64,000 nucleotides of DNA from Desulfococcus sp. Its GTDB lineage: Bacteria > Desulfobacterota > Desulfobacteria > Desulfobacterales > Desulfococcaceae. Both the position numbers and the translations under genes were made by a program. The DNA lies in assembly GCF_041737845.1 (NCBI RefSeq), contig NZ_JBGSQX010000018.1:6025-70024 (forward strand), given 5' to 3'. Positions 9,547 to 19,596 of this stretch are shown in pieces. Under the pieces are notes generated by a model. The model was not told the origin of the DNA and did not search any database. It saw only the letters and a list, made by a program, of their open reading frames with translations. The first letter of the stretch is position 1. Each line of letters begins with the position of its first letter.

Positions 9547-10851
9547 TTACTTCAGCAGGCCCGGCAGGATGGTGACGATCTCAGGGAACAGCATGAGCAG
9601 CAGGATGCAGATCAGATAGGTCGGCAGAAAATAAGCGACCCCCCGGAAAACCTCCTCCAGGCGGACCCCTTCCGACATACCGGCCACCACGTAGGTCGTT
9701 GCCCCAACGGGCGGCGTCACCGCACCCATTGTCGTCACCACGGTAATGGTCACCCCGAACCAGATGGGATCGTACCCCAGTTCGACGGCCACCGGAAAAA
9801 AAATCGGAATCGTGATGAGCAGGAGGGCCAGGGCGTCCATGACCGCCCCGCCGATGATGTAGATGAAAAAAATGATCATCATGATGATTCCCCGGGGTAC
9901 GGGAAGGGAGACCACCCATCCGGCAATATCGTAGGGAATACGCGTCACCGCCAGAAATCGGCCGAAGATCACCGCGCCCATGACGATGGTGATGACCATG
10001 CAGGAAATCCCCAGGGTGTCCATCACCGACGCCGTGAATTTCCGCCGGCTCAGGCTCCCTTGAATCAGGCTGATGAGAACGGCAAAAAACGACCCCGCGG
10101 CCCCGGCTTCGGTCGGTGTGAAGATGCCGAAATAAAGCCCCAGCATCACGAGCAGGAAGAGCACCAGCATCTCCGTGGCCCCCGAAAGCGCCCCCAGTCT
10201 TTCCCGCCACCCCACGGCTGGCCCCGCCGGCCCCCAGTCGGGATGCCGCCGGCAGATCAGGGCCACCGCCCCCATCATCAAGAGCGCCAGCAGGACGCCC
10301 GCCCCCACGCTGCCGTAAAACAGCCTGGCGATGGACTGCTCCGTGGAAAGCCCGATGACAATCAGCACGACGCTGGGAGGGATGACCACCCCCAGGGTAG
10401 ACCCGCATGCCACGGCGCCGGTGCTCAGTTTGGGATGGTACTGATATTTCTTCATCTGGGGCAATGCCACGGTGCTCATGGTGGCTGCGGTGGCCACATT
10501 GGAGCCGCAGATGGCCGAAAACGCGGAGCAGGCCATGATGGTCGACATGGCGAGGCCCCCACGGATATGGCCGACCCACTTGTAGGCGGCATTGTAGAGT
10601 TTTTCATTGACGCCGCAATGGAAGGCGATCTGCCCCATGAAGATGAAGAGGGGAATGACCGTAAGCCCATATCTGGAGAAGGTATCCCAGACCACGGAGC
10701 CCACCATGTTCAGCCCGGCCTTAAATGAGATGATATGGCAGAACCCCAGGAATCCGACAATGCCCATGGCGAACCCCACGGGCATGTTCAGAAAAAACAG
10801 GGCCGCCAGAAGCAGCAGAATGCCGCCGATGCCGATCAGCACCAGGCTCAC
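9547..10851 (-). CDS. dctM: TRAP transporter large permease (DctM)
   Basis: IPLFIFMG, GSNVATAA, TPTEAGA and TPPVG motifs; about 12 TM helices. Confidence 0.92.
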   Translation of the reverse strand: MSLVLIGIGGILLLLAALFFLNMPVGFAMGIVGFLGFCHIISFKAGLNMVGSVVWDTFSRYGLTVIPLFIFMGQIAFHCGVNEKLYNAAYKWVGHIRGGLAMSTIMACSAFSAICGSNVATAATMSTVALPQMKKYQYHPKLSTGAVACGSTLGVVIPPSVVLIVIGLSTEQSIARLFYGSVGAGVLLALLMMGAVALICRRHPDWGPAGPAVGWRERLGALSGATEMLVLFLLVMLGLYFGIFTPTEAGAAGSFFAVLISLIQGSLSRRKFTASVMDTLGISCMVITIVMGAVIFGRFLAVTRIPYDIAGWVVSLPVPRGIIMMIIFFIYIIGGAVMDALALLLITIPIFFPVAVELGYDPIWFGVTITVVTTMGAVTPPVGATTYVVAGMSEGVRLEEVFRGVAYFLPTYLICILLLMLFPEIVTILPGLLK

Positions 10852-11336
10852 GATTCCTCCCCTTTTTTCGGCAGGAACATCGCAGGAAGACGGCCGATCA
10901 GGATCAGCCCCAGAAAACCGCAGCCTGCGGCCGTGCCGTAGGTGAACGGGTAATAGGCCATGCGAAGGGTCTCGCTCACCTCCCCGGTCTGAAAAAGGGT
11001 ATGGCCCTTTTCACCGAGCTGCCATGCCACAATCCCGAAAAACCCGGCGCAAAGCAGATGGTTGATGCCGTCCAGAAACCGGCCCACCGGCGGGGGAAAC
11101 CGCCGGAACAGCACATCCACCGAGATATGCCCGCGCTTCATCTGGGTATACCCGAGGGCGAAGCTGGTGGCGACCGCCCCGAAAAACCCCATCAGCTCGA
11201 AGGTCCCCCGGATGGGCAGCCAGACGAAGCGAAGGAGGATATTCCCGCAGGTGAGCGAAATCATCGCGACGAGAAAGATCCCCGCGACAATCATCAACAC
11301 CCGGTTGATCCCCGCCATCATTTTATCGAACATCAT
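10848..11336 (-). CDS. dctQ: TRAP transporter small permease (DctQ)
   Basis: Four TM helices, GHISVDVL motif, lies between dctP and dctM. Confidence 0.9.
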   Translation of the reverse strand: MMFDKMMAGINRVLMIVAGIFLVAMISLTCGNILLRFVWLPIRGTFELMGFFGAVATSFALGYTQMKRGHISVDVLFRRFPPPVGRFLDGINHLLCAGFFGIVAWQLGEKGHTLFQTGEVSETLRMAYYPFTYGTAAGCGFLGLILIGRLPAMFLPKKGEES

Positions 11337-11370
11337 CCACCGCCTCCCGCCCTTATTAAAGCCTCCATCA

Positions 11371-12396
11371 TCATTGACCGGCGCGCACCGAAAGCCTGTG
11401 CCGGATATCCTTCACGATGGCCTCGGCCGGAAAGCCCTTGGCGTTGGCATCCGCAATCCACCCGGCTGTTATCGGTTCGAGGAGCGCATCCCATTTGGCC
11501 TTCTCCGCAGGCGGCAGGGTGATCACCTCCACCCCGTGATGCTGCCGGGACCAGGCGACGGCCTCTTCAACATGACCGTCCATGTAGTTTCCGGTCCACT
11601 CCGCCTGCTCGACACTCAGGTCATCCATCACCTTCCTGACATCTTCAGGAAGGGCTTTCCAGGCATCCAGGTTCATCACCACGGCAAAGGGATAGATCAC
11701 CGTCTCGGTCATGGTGATGTAGGGGCAGATCTCGGCGAATTTGAGATCCTTCATGACCTCAAGGGAGGAGAACAGCCCCTGGACCACCCCCTTCTGAAGG
11801 GCCTCGGGGGTGTCGGACATGGGCATCCCCACCTGATTCGCCCCCCATGCCGTGAGGATCTGGGCGGCCCCCCCCGAGGCGCGGAGGTCCAGACCCTTCA
11901 GGTTTGCGAGGGATCGGACCGGGGTTTTGGACATGATATTGGCGGGGGCCGTGGTGAACATCGTGAGCACCTTGACCTTGGCGAAGGATTCGGGCTGGTA
12001 GGCCTGGTAAATGTCCCAGAGCACCAGGCTACCGACCCTGGCGCTGGGGATGGCAAGGGGCAGACTGAGGGCGTTGGTCAGGACGAATCGCCCCGGCTGA
12101 TAGGCCATGGAGAGGCACCCGATATCCGCCTGACCCGCGATGACGCCGTCCATCATGTCCTTGGCGTCGAGGAGCGTGCCCCCGGGAAAGGTCTGGATCC
12201 GGACCTGACCGCTGGTCCGCTTTTCCACCTCGGTTTTCCAGCGCTCCATCTGAACGCAGGGGAATGTCGGGGCCGGGGGAAAATTCGCGTACCTGAGTTG
12301 GACCGGTCCGGCCGCCGCACCCCGGACCGGGGCCGTTCCCATGATCATCAGAACCGCCAGCACCGCCGTCCATCCGCAAAAAGACTGTCTCTTCAT
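11371..12396 (-). CDS. dctP: TRAP transporter substrate-binding protein (DctP)
   Basis: Signal peptide; FPGGTLL, LKGLDLR and ALQKGVVQG motifs. Confidence 0.92.
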   Translation of the reverse strand: MKRQSFCGWTAVLAVLMIMGTAPVRGAAAGPVQLRYANFPPAPTFPCVQMERWKTEVEKRTSGQVRIQTFPGGTLLDAKDMMDGVIAGQADIGCLSMAYQPGRFVLTNALSLPLAIPSARVGSLVLWDIYQAYQPESFAKVKVLTMFTTAPANIMSKTPVRSLANLKGLDLRASGGAAQILTAWGANQVGMPMSDTPEALQKGVVQGLFSSLEVMKDLKFAEICPYITMTETVIYPFAVVMNLDAWKALPEDVRKVMDDLSVEQAEWTGNYMDGHVEEAVAWSRQHHGVEVITLPPAEKAKWDALLEPITAGWIADANAKGFPAEAIVKDIRHRLSVRAGQ

Positions 12397-12432
12397 CGCA
12401 TCGCCCTCCGTGTTGTTTGGGTTGACCCGGAT

Positions 12433-12975
12433 TTATTCATTGGGGGCCGCCTGGCAGCCCGCCTCAAATGCCGCAAGGGCGGCCGCGCCCATCGTGCCCT
12501 GCTTTTCCAGCCGGCGTTCTAGAATCCGGCGGACCGCTTCGGCCCGACAGAAGATCTCCGGGCTTCGAGCCAGGACAAAGCCCAGCATGATCAGATTGAC
12601 GGACTTGGGGCTGCCCAGGGCGGCGGCCATCCGGTCGGCATCCACCGTGCAGCGGGTCATCTCGCACACCGGCGCCTTCGGCTGGTTCACCACCGACCAT
12701 CCGCCGGGCTTCAGGAAATAGCCGTGCAGGGCGACGTTCTCGGCTTTCATGATGAGAACCCCGTCCGCCATGCCCGGACGGATGAGGGGGCTCGTGAACC
12801 TCCCGACCTTGAGATGGGATACAACGGTCCCGCCCCGCTGGGCCATGCCGTGGGTCTCGGAGGTCAGGACCGGAAAACCGCTCTGGATCGCGGCCTCCGC
12901 CAGGATCCGCGTCACGAAAAGGATCCCCTGGCCGCCCACGCCGCTGATCACGATCTGCTGCCCCGTCGTCGTCAT
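12433..12975 (-). CDS. iorB: Indolepyruvate:ferredoxin oxidoreductase beta subunit
   Basis: Real start MTTTGQQ (ATG 12975, ATGA overlap with iorA stop); GVGGQG and SETHGMAQRGG motifs. Confidence 0.9.
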   Translation of the reverse strand: MTTTGQQIVISGVGGQGILFVTRILAEAAIQSGFPVLTSETHGMAQRGGTVVSHLKVGRFTSPLIRPGMADGVLIMKAENVALHGYFLKPGGWSVVNQPKAPVCEMTRCTVDADRMAAALGSPKSVNLIMLGFVLARSPEIFCRAEAVRRILERRLEKQGTMGAAALAAFEAGCQAAPNE

Positions 12976-14789
12976 GATTTGACCTCCTCGATGGCCCCCT
13001 TGGGGCAGACATGGATGCAGACGCCGCACGCGGCGCACGCCATGCGGTCCACATGAACCTTTTCCCCGGCCGCGTCGAGCACCAGCGCCGGGCATTCGAA
13101 CTGCGTCACGCAATGGGCACAACCGTCGCACCGATCGGTCGCGACCACCGCAATTTTGGCCTCCCGGGCGCCCTCCTGGCGGCGGTCCAGAATGCAGGGA
13201 TACCGGGAGATCACCACGGCCGGCCCGCGGTCCCGGCCGTAGGCCACCGCCTCTTTCATCAGGCCGATGAAATCGTCCAGGCGGTAGGGGTTTCCGGTGG
13301 TGCAGTATTCCACACCGCACGCCTTCACCAGGGCTTCGATATCCACGGTGTCGAGCGGTTCGCCGCAGGCTCCCAGCCCCGTCGCCGGCGTGGGCTGACT
13401 GCCGGTCATGGCCGTGGTGCGATTGTCCAGAATGACCAGAACGAACCGGACCTTCTGCACGACCGCATCGATGAGGGCCGGAATGCCTGCGTGAAAAAAG
13501 GTGGAGTCCCCCATGGTGGCGACGATATCCGGCCGCTTTTCCAGATCCTTGTGGGCATGATAAAAACCGGCGGCCTGGGAGATGGCGGCCCCCATGCAGA
13601 GGACGGTATCCACCGCCCCCAGGTTGAGGCCCAAGGTATAGCACCCGATATCCGACGGATAGATCCCCTTGGGCGCAGCCCGCTTGATGGCGTAAAAGCT
13701 GGCACGGTGAGGGCAGCCCGCGCAGAGGGTCGGCCGCCGGCCCTTTGCCTCGGGCGGCAGGGGTGCGGTCCTGGCGGGAACGCCCGCAAACCCGGCGATG
13801 AGCCGTTCGATGTCCTCCGGGAGCAGCTCCCCGACCCGGGGGACCGCCCGGCTGTTTCGGCCCTTGACGCGCCGCCCGTCGGCGATCTGCATCTCGATGA
13901 CTCCGGTGGTCTCCTCGATGACGAGGATCTCGTCGTGGCGGGCAAGAATATCGGAGATGAAATCGACATGGAGCGGGAAGGGCTGGATGACCTGATAGAC
14001 CGACAGGCTCCCCCAGAGTCCCATCTCCTCGACGATCTCCCGGGAATGGGCGGCGGCCACGCCCGAGACGACCAGGGCCCGCCGCGCCGGCCTTCCGGGG
14101 TTCAGCCATGCGGGCGCCGTCTTCCCATACCGGGCAATGGCATCCAGCTTCTCCTCGAGCTGCCGGTGTAGCTGGTGCCTGAACTTCGGCGTGGCGGCCC
14201 ACCGGGCCGGATTCCTTTCAAAATTCGCGGTACGCCGCTGGCTTTGGATCGCGGAGGATGAAATATCCTGCCGGCTGTGGCAGACCCGGGTGGTCGGGCG
14301 GATCATCACGGGGATCTCAAAGGCCTCCGACAGGTCATACCCCACAGCCGTCATATTTCTGGCCTGTTCCGGCGAATCGGGGTCCAGGACGGGAATCTTG
14401 GCCATGACCGCCATGAGCCGGCTGTCCTGCTCCGTCTGGGAGGAATGGGGGCCCGGGTCGTCCGCGCTGATGATGATGAAACCGCCCTTGGTCCCCATGT
14501 ACGCGGCGCTCATGAGCGGATCCGAGGCCACGTTCAGCCCGACCTGCTTCATGCTGACGGCGGTGCGGAGCCCGGTGATGGCCGCGGCATAGGCGATTTC
14601 AAAGGCGATCTTTTCGTTGACCGCCCACTGGACGTGGAGGGACAGCCCGTGGGTCCGCTTCAGGGAGGCCACCGATGCCAGTATCTCGGAGGCCGGGGTC
14701 CCGGGATAGGATGTCGCCACGGCACACCCGTTCTCCAGAAGCCCCAGCGCCATGGCCTCGTTTCCCAGCATCAGTTTCCGTTCGCTCAC
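12972..14789 (-). CDS. iorA: Indolepyruvate:ferredoxin oxidoreductase alpha subunit
   Basis: LGNEA, YPGTP, KQVGLNVA, CAGCPHR, TPP motif GDSTFFH and two C-terminal 4Fe-4S motifs. Confidence 0.93.
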   Translation of the reverse strand: MSERKLMLGNEAMALGLLENGCAVATSYPGTPASEILASVASLKRTHGLSLHVQWAVNEKIAFEIAYAAAITGLRTAVSMKQVGLNVASDPLMSAAYMGTKGGFIIISADDPGPHSSQTEQDSRLMAVMAKIPVLDPDSPEQARNMTAVGYDLSEAFEIPVMIRPTTRVCHSRQDISSSAIQSQRRTANFERNPARWAATPKFRHQLHRQLEEKLDAIARYGKTAPAWLNPGRPARRALVVSGVAAAHSREIVEEMGLWGSLSVYQVIQPFPLHVDFISDILARHDEILVIEETTGVIEMQIADGRRVKGRNSRAVPRVGELLPEDIERLIAGFAGVPARTAPLPPEAKGRRPTLCAGCPHRASFYAIKRAAPKGIYPSDIGCYTLGLNLGAVDTVLCMGAAISQAAGFYHAHKDLEKRPDIVATMGDSTFFHAGIPALIDAVVQKVRFVLVILDNRTTAMTGSQPTPATGLGACGEPLDTVDIEALVKACGVEYCTTGNPYRLDDFIGLMKEAVAYGRDRGPAVVISRYPCILDRRQEGAREAKIAVVATDRCDGCAHCVTQFECPALVLDAAGEKVHVDRMACAACGVCIHVCPKGAIEEVKS

Positions 14790-14845
14790 CCGATCCCCCT
14801 TTGGATATGGAATGTCATCTCATGTATGGAGCAATCCCGGCCGAA

Positions 14846-16027
14846 TTATCCAACTCGCCCGGGTTTGTCAAGCACCGAATCGCGGTCTGCGGGAGATGGC
14901 GGCACCCCGCAGCCGCCCCCGGCCGAGAGGGCCATTTCAGCGAGAAGGTCGTCGTAGGCCCCCGAAGCCTTTTCCCATGCATGGACGGCCATGGCCCGGG
15001 AAAGCCGCCGCCGCGCGTCGGACATTCGGGATGCGTTCATGGCGAGCCAGGCCAGTTTCTGAACGAAGTCCCCATGCCCCTCATAGAGAAATTCCTTGTG
15101 AAACTCCGGGGGGAGGATCTCCGGGTAGGAGAGCCGCCGGGGCAGGAGGGGGAGGCACCCCGCCGCTATGGCCTCCACCACGGATATCCCGAAATTTTCT
15201 TGAAAGGCGGTGCTGACGACAATGTCGCCCTGCCGAAGGATGTTTTGATATGCGTTTTTATCCGGGATATAGCCGTCATGAATGATGCGGCCGCCATACC
15301 GCTCCCGAGCCCGGGCAAAGGCCGCGGGGATGTTTCGGTAGCGCTCTCCCAGGAGTGCGAGCCGAAATTCGGTCCCACCCTCCATCAGGGCGTCCAGCCC
15401 CTCGAAAAAGCCCTCGGGATTCTTGTCGAACTCCCATCGATGATTCCAGATGATGAGGGGCGGATCCTCCCGGCGGGGACGCGTCAAGTCGCCGCCCTCG
15501 AAGCGGCAGCCGGGATGGAGCACCCGGGCCTTGCGCCGGATCGCCGCCGCCACCCAGTTCGGGCGGCAGTCGGGCATCATGTTCAGAAAGCCGGGGAGTT
15601 CGCTGAAAAAGCGCTCGTGATGGGTCCGGGAATTGAACACCACCCGGTCTGCGGACAGGGCGGTGGTGATGTCGGTGAATCCGAACTGAGCGTCGAAGGA
15701 CTCGCCCGCCGACAGCGGGTAGGTCAGCTGGCTTTCATGGAAATAGACCATGGCCGGGGGGCACCCGGCGCCGGCCAGGGACCTGAAATCCGACAGGCTC
15801 ATGAGCCCGCTTGCGATCAGGCCGTCGTAGGATCCCAGGGGACGCCCGCGACGGGACAAGGCCTGGAGTTTCCCCCAGAAATGGAGGGCCGCCCCCCGCA
15901 TCCGCCATTTCCAGAACCGTGCGGGAAGGGTCACGAGATCGATTTCGTGACGGGAATGAGCGGCGAGGCCTTCGGCGAAATCCCGGTGGGAGCCGCCGAA
16001 GAACGGCTCCAGGAACAAGAATTTCAA
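14846..16027 (-). CDS. DUF3524/GT-B glycosyltransferase (GTDC1/QTMAN-like)
   Basis: LEPFFGGSH, TLPARFWKWRMRG, YFHESQLTYP, WNHRWEFDKNP and ENFGISVVEA motifs. TTG start at 16027 after AGGAAGG. Confidence 0.85.
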   Translation of the reverse strand: MKFLFLEPFFGGSHRDFAEGLAAHSRHEIDLVTLPARFWKWRMRGAALHFWGKLQALSRRGRPLGSYDGLIASGLMSLSDFRSLAGAGCPPAMVYFHESQLTYPLSAGESFDAQFGFTDITTALSADRVVFNSRTHHERFFSELPGFLNMMPDCRPNWVAAAIRRKARVLHPGCRFEGGDLTRPRREDPPLIIWNHRWEFDKNPEGFFEGLDALMEGGTEFRLALLGERYRNIPAAFARARERYGGRIIHDGYIPDKNAYQNILRQGDIVVSTAFQENFGISVVEAIAAGCLPLLPRRLSYPEILPPEFHKEFLYEGHGDFVQKLAWLAMNASRMSDARRRLSRAMAVHAWEKASGAYDDLLAEMALSAGGGCGVPPSPADRDSVLDKPGRVG

Positions 16028-16032
16028 CCTTC

Positions 16033-17343
16033 CTACAGCCGCCAATATTCGATGGCCATGGCGGCCGCTTCGGACGCGCTGAACGCACTTTTGATGTCGA
16101 TGACCAAGGGCGTTTCACCGGCGCAGAGCCCGGCGATCCCGCCCAGGCCCATCTCCCGGTAGGCGCGGTGCATGACGGCCAGGATCACCGCGTCCATCCC
16201 CGCGAGATCCTCCAGGGCGCACAGGGTCAGGCCGTAATATTTCAGGGCCTCCTCCGGGTCCGCCAGCGGATCGTGGACCCTCACCTCGATGCCGTAATCC
16301 CGCAGCTCGGACACGATGTCCACCACCCGGGTGTTCCTCAGATCGGGCACATCCTCCTTGAAGGTCAGCCCCAGAACCGCGATTCTGGCACCCAGGATCG
16401 GCCGGCCCGTCTTGATGAGCATCTTGACGGTCCGCTCCGCCACGAATTTGCCCATGCCGTCGTTGATGCGCCTGCCGGCCAGGATCATATCCGGATGATA
16501 CCCCAGGGATTCGGCCTTGAACGTGAGGTAGTAGGGATCGACGCCGATGCAGTGGCCGCCCACGAGACCCGGCTTGAAGGGCAGGAAATTCCATTTGGTC
16601 CCGGCCGCCTCAAGGACCTCAGTGGTGTCGATGCCCATCTTGTCGAAGATCATGGCCAGCTCGTTCATCAGGGCGATGTTGAGGTCCCGCTGGGTGTTCT
16701 CGATCACCTTTGCGGCCTCGGCCACCTTGATGGACGATGCCCGGTGCAGCCCGGGCCTGACCACCTGGCCGTAGATCCGGGCGAGCAGGTCGAGGGTCGC
16801 CTCGTCGGAACCCGACACGATCTTGAGGATCCTGTCAAAGGTATGCTCCTTGTCCCCCGGATTGATCCGCTCCGGGGAATAGCCCACCGTGAAATCCCGG
16901 CGGAAGGCCAGTCCCGATTCCTTTTCCAGGATGGGCACGCAGACCTCTTCCGTGGCGCCTGGATAGACCGTGGATTCATACACGACGCAGCTTCCCCGGC
17001 GCATGTGCCGCCCCACGATGCGTGACGCCCCCCGGAGCGGCTCCAGATCGGGAATCCGGTAGACATCGATGGGCGTCGGGACGGCCACGATGATGAACCG
17101 GCATTCGGACAGCCGGGCAGGATCGTCCGTGAAGGCGATGGCCGACGCCGCAAGGTCTTCGGGGGTCACCTCAAGGGTCCGGTCATATCCGGAGGCCAGC
17201 TCCCGGATCCGGGCCGATTTCAGGTCATAGCCCACCACGTCGAAATGCCCGGCCAGATGGATGGCGAGCGGAAGGCCGACATATCCCAGGCCGACAACGG
17301 CAATCTTCTCTGTTTTATTATACAATCCTTCTGCTGTAATCAT
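16033..17343 (-). CDS. Nucleotide-sugar dehydrogenase (UDP-GlcNAc/GalNAc 6-dehydrogenase, WbpO/TviB family)
   Basis: GLGYVG, ESTVYPG, YSPERINPG, catalytic GGHCIGVDP and GLTFKE. ATG 17343 after GGAG. Confidence 0.92.
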   Translation of the reverse strand: MITAEGLYNKTEKIAVVGLGYVGLPLAIHLAGHFDVVGYDLKSARIRELASGYDRTLEVTPEDLAASAIAFTDDPARLSECRFIIVAVPTPIDVYRIPDLEPLRGASRIVGRHMRRGSCVVYESTVYPGATEEVCVPILEKESGLAFRRDFTVGYSPERINPGDKEHTFDRILKIVSGSDEATLDLLARIYGQVVRPGLHRASSIKVAEAAKVIENTQRDLNIALMNELAMIFDKMGIDTTEVLEAAGTKWNFLPFKPGLVGGHCIGVDPYYLTFKAESLGYHPDMILAGRRINDGMGKFVAERTVKMLIKTGRPILGARIAVLGLTFKEDVPDLRNTRVVDIVSELRDYGIEVRVHDPLADPEEALKYYGLTLCALEDLAGMDAVILAVMHRAYREMGLGGIAGLCAGETPLVIDIKSAFSASEAAAMAIEYWRL

Positions 17344-17503
17344 TTTTCTCCAAACCCGTTGTAACGCATTTATCATGATGTGGTTGCGGCGGGTTCGAAA
17401 CCTTTTGGGTTTCCCGCAGCGCAATACCTTGCCCCTGTGAAAAAAACATGACGGATACCTCTCCCCTGTGCCGGCTCGGATGGCTTGCGTTCCTGGCAGG
17501 CTA

Positions 17504-18229
17504 TCACCGGGGCATCTCGGGAGCCGGAATCCCCTGTCCCACCAGGTCTGAAACCTCCTGTTCCGTCAGATGGCGCCAGGACCCCTCAGCCAGGCCGCCC
17601 AGGCGGACCGACGCGACCCTTACCCGCTTCAGGGCCGCCACCTGCCCGCCGACCTTTCGGACCATCCGGCGGACCTGCCGGTTCCGGCCCTCCCTCAGGG
17701 TAATCCGAAACTGTGTCGGAGAGATCCTCCGGACCCTGGCGGGCCGGGTTCGGACGCCCATGAGGGGCAGCCCCTCGGCCATCTTCCGGAGGGCGCCCTC
17801 CGGAAGGGGCTGGGCCGTGGTCACCTCGTATTCCTTTTCATGGTCGAAGGAGGGATGGGAGAGCCGATGGTGAAGGCTGCCGTCGTTGGTGAGGAGCAGC
17901 AGGCCCGTCGAATCCTTGTCCAGGCGCCCCACGGGGTAGACCCGCTCGGGGACGTCCACCAGCTCCATGACGATCCTGTCTCCTGGCTGCTCACAGCTCG
18001 TGACATACCCCAGGGGCTTGTTGAGGGCGATATAGATGAACCGCTCTTCGAGGGAAACCGGCGCACCGTCCAGGAGGACGCGGTCTTTTTCGGGATCGAT
18101 CTTCGTGCCGAGCACGCAGACCACCTCCCCGTTCACCTGGACCCGGCCCTCCCGGATACAGGCCTCCCCGTGGCGCCTCGAACAGGCGCCTGAGGCGGAC
18201 AGAAACTTCTGAAGGCGGATCAATCCCAT
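17504..18229 (-). CDS. rRNA pseudouridine synthase (RsuA/RluB/E/F family with S4 domain)
   Basis: RLQKFLS...SRR S4 domain, PVGRLDKDSTGLLLLTNDG, EGRNRQVRRM. Confidence 0.92.
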   Translation of the reverse strand: MGLIRLQKFLSASGACSRRHGEACIREGRVQVNGEVVCVLGTKIDPEKDRVLLDGAPVSLEERFIYIALNKPLGYVTSCEQPGDRIVMELVDVPERVYPVGRLDKDSTGLLLLTNDGSLHHRLSHPSFDHEKEYEVTTAQPLPEGALRKMAEGLPLMGVRTRPARVRRISPTQFRITLREGRNRQVRRMVRKVGGQVAALKRVRVASVRLGGLAEGSWRHLTEQEVSDLVGQGIPAPEMPR

Positions 18230-18251
18230 GGGTCTGCGGCCATTTCCCGGA

Positions 18252-19445
18252 TCAGGACCGGTAATCCGCGTTGATCTTGACGTAGTCGATGGAAAAATCG
18301 CAGGTGAAGACCGAGGCCGACGCGGTCCCCATGTGGAGATCGATGACAATGCGGTATTCCGGCTTTTTCAGAACCGCCGTGACCGCCTTTTCAGCCTCAT
18401 TCCCGCAGGTCATCCCATTTCGGCACATCATCACGCCGTCGAACCGGATGTCGATGGCATCCGGCGCCACCGGTACCCCCGAGCGCCCGGCAGCGGCGAT
18501 GATCCGGCCCCAGTTGGCGTCTTCCCCGAAAAGGGCGGTTTTGACCAGGTTGGAATGGGCCACGGTGTCGGCCACCTTTCGGGCGTCCCCCTCCGACGCC
18601 GCGCCGACGACGGCGATCTCGACCAGCTTCGTGGCGCCCTCCCCGTCCTTCACGACCATCCTGGCCAGCCGGATCAGAACGTCGTCCAGCCGGGCCTGGA
18701 ACTCGGCCTGCTCCGGGTCGCTTCGGACGGCCGCGCCGGACCGCCCGCCCGCCATCATCAGGACGGTATCGTTGGTGCTGGTGTCTCCGTCGACGGTGAT
18801 GCGGTTGAAGGACCGGTCTACGCCTTCGGCAAGGGATTTCTGAAGCACCTCGGGCGAAACCGCCAGGTCCGTCACGATGAAACAGAGCATGGTCGCCATG
18901 TCCGGACGGATCATGCCCGACCCCTTGGCGACTCCCATCAGGGTGTAGGGCGTACCGGCCATTTCAGCCTGGACCGACACGACCTTCGGGACCAGATCGG
19001 TGGTCATGATGGCTTCGGCAAACTCGTCGATGCCTTCCGGCGAAAGTGCGTTTGTCAGTTGGGGCATCGACAGGACGACGGCATCCATCGGCATGGGCTG
19101 GCCGATGACGCCCGTCGACGCGACACAGACGAGATCCTCGGAAATTCCAAGGGCCGCCGCCGCATGCCGGGACATGGCCTCGGCGTCCCGCATACCGGCG
19201 TCACCCGTGCAGCAGTTGGCATTCCCGCTGTTCACGATCACGGCCTGGCACCGGCCGGACTGGACACGGCGACGATCCAGCAGGACCGGTGCGGCCTGAA
19301 CCCGGTTCCGGGTGAACACCCCGGCAACCGAGGCCGGCGCCTCCGAAACGATCAGGCCCAGGTCCCTTCCCCCCTTTTTTTTGATGCCCGCGGCAATCCC
19401 CGCAAACGTAAAGCCCGCACACCTCTTTTTTTCCATGTTCACCAT
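18252..19445 (-). CDS. argJ: Ornithine acetyltransferase / N-acetylglutamate synthase
   Basis: AKGSGMIRPDMATML autoproteolysis motif, DTSTND, DGEGATK, DANWGR. Confidence 0.95.
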   Translation of the reverse strand: MVNMEKKRCAGFTFAGIAAGIKKKGGRDLGLIVSEAPASVAGVFTRNRVQAAPVLLDRRRVQSGRCQAVIVNSGNANCCTGDAGMRDAEAMSRHAAAALGISEDLVCVASTGVIGQPMPMDAVVLSMPQLTNALSPEGIDEFAEAIMTTDLVPKVVSVQAEMAGTPYTLMGVAKGSGMIRPDMATMLCFIVTDLAVSPEVLQKSLAEGVDRSFNRITVDGDTSTNDTVLMMAGGRSGAAVRSDPEQAEFQARLDDVLIRLARMVVKDGEGATKLVEIAVVGAASEGDARKVADTVAHSNLVKTALFGEDANWGRIIAAAGRSGVPVAPDAIDIRFDGVMMCRNGMTCGNEAEKAVTAVLKKPEYRIVIDLHMGTASASVFTCDFSIDYVKINADYRS

Positions 19446-19596
19446 CGCTATACTTTGACTTTCCCAAAGATTCGATCTATTATTTCGATTTCAAAAATAG
19501 ATATGATTTTATTTTGACCATTTGACAGAATCGTTCACGCTTGTCAATTCCTTTGGATTTCATCCCGTCGGAAGGCCGACACAGGAGAATGATCGA

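Noticed and set aside
12976-14202. Apparent 400-aa N-terminal extension of IorB (589-aa ORF)
   Set aside because: Alternative frame inside iorA with R/G/P-rich nonsense composition; the true start is the ATGA overlap at 12975.
19522-19547. Inverted repeat TTGACA-N14-TGTCAA between argJ and the selenoprotein gene
   Set aside because: Could be opposed -35 boxes or an operator, but neither has a convincing -10 and I saw no second copy.
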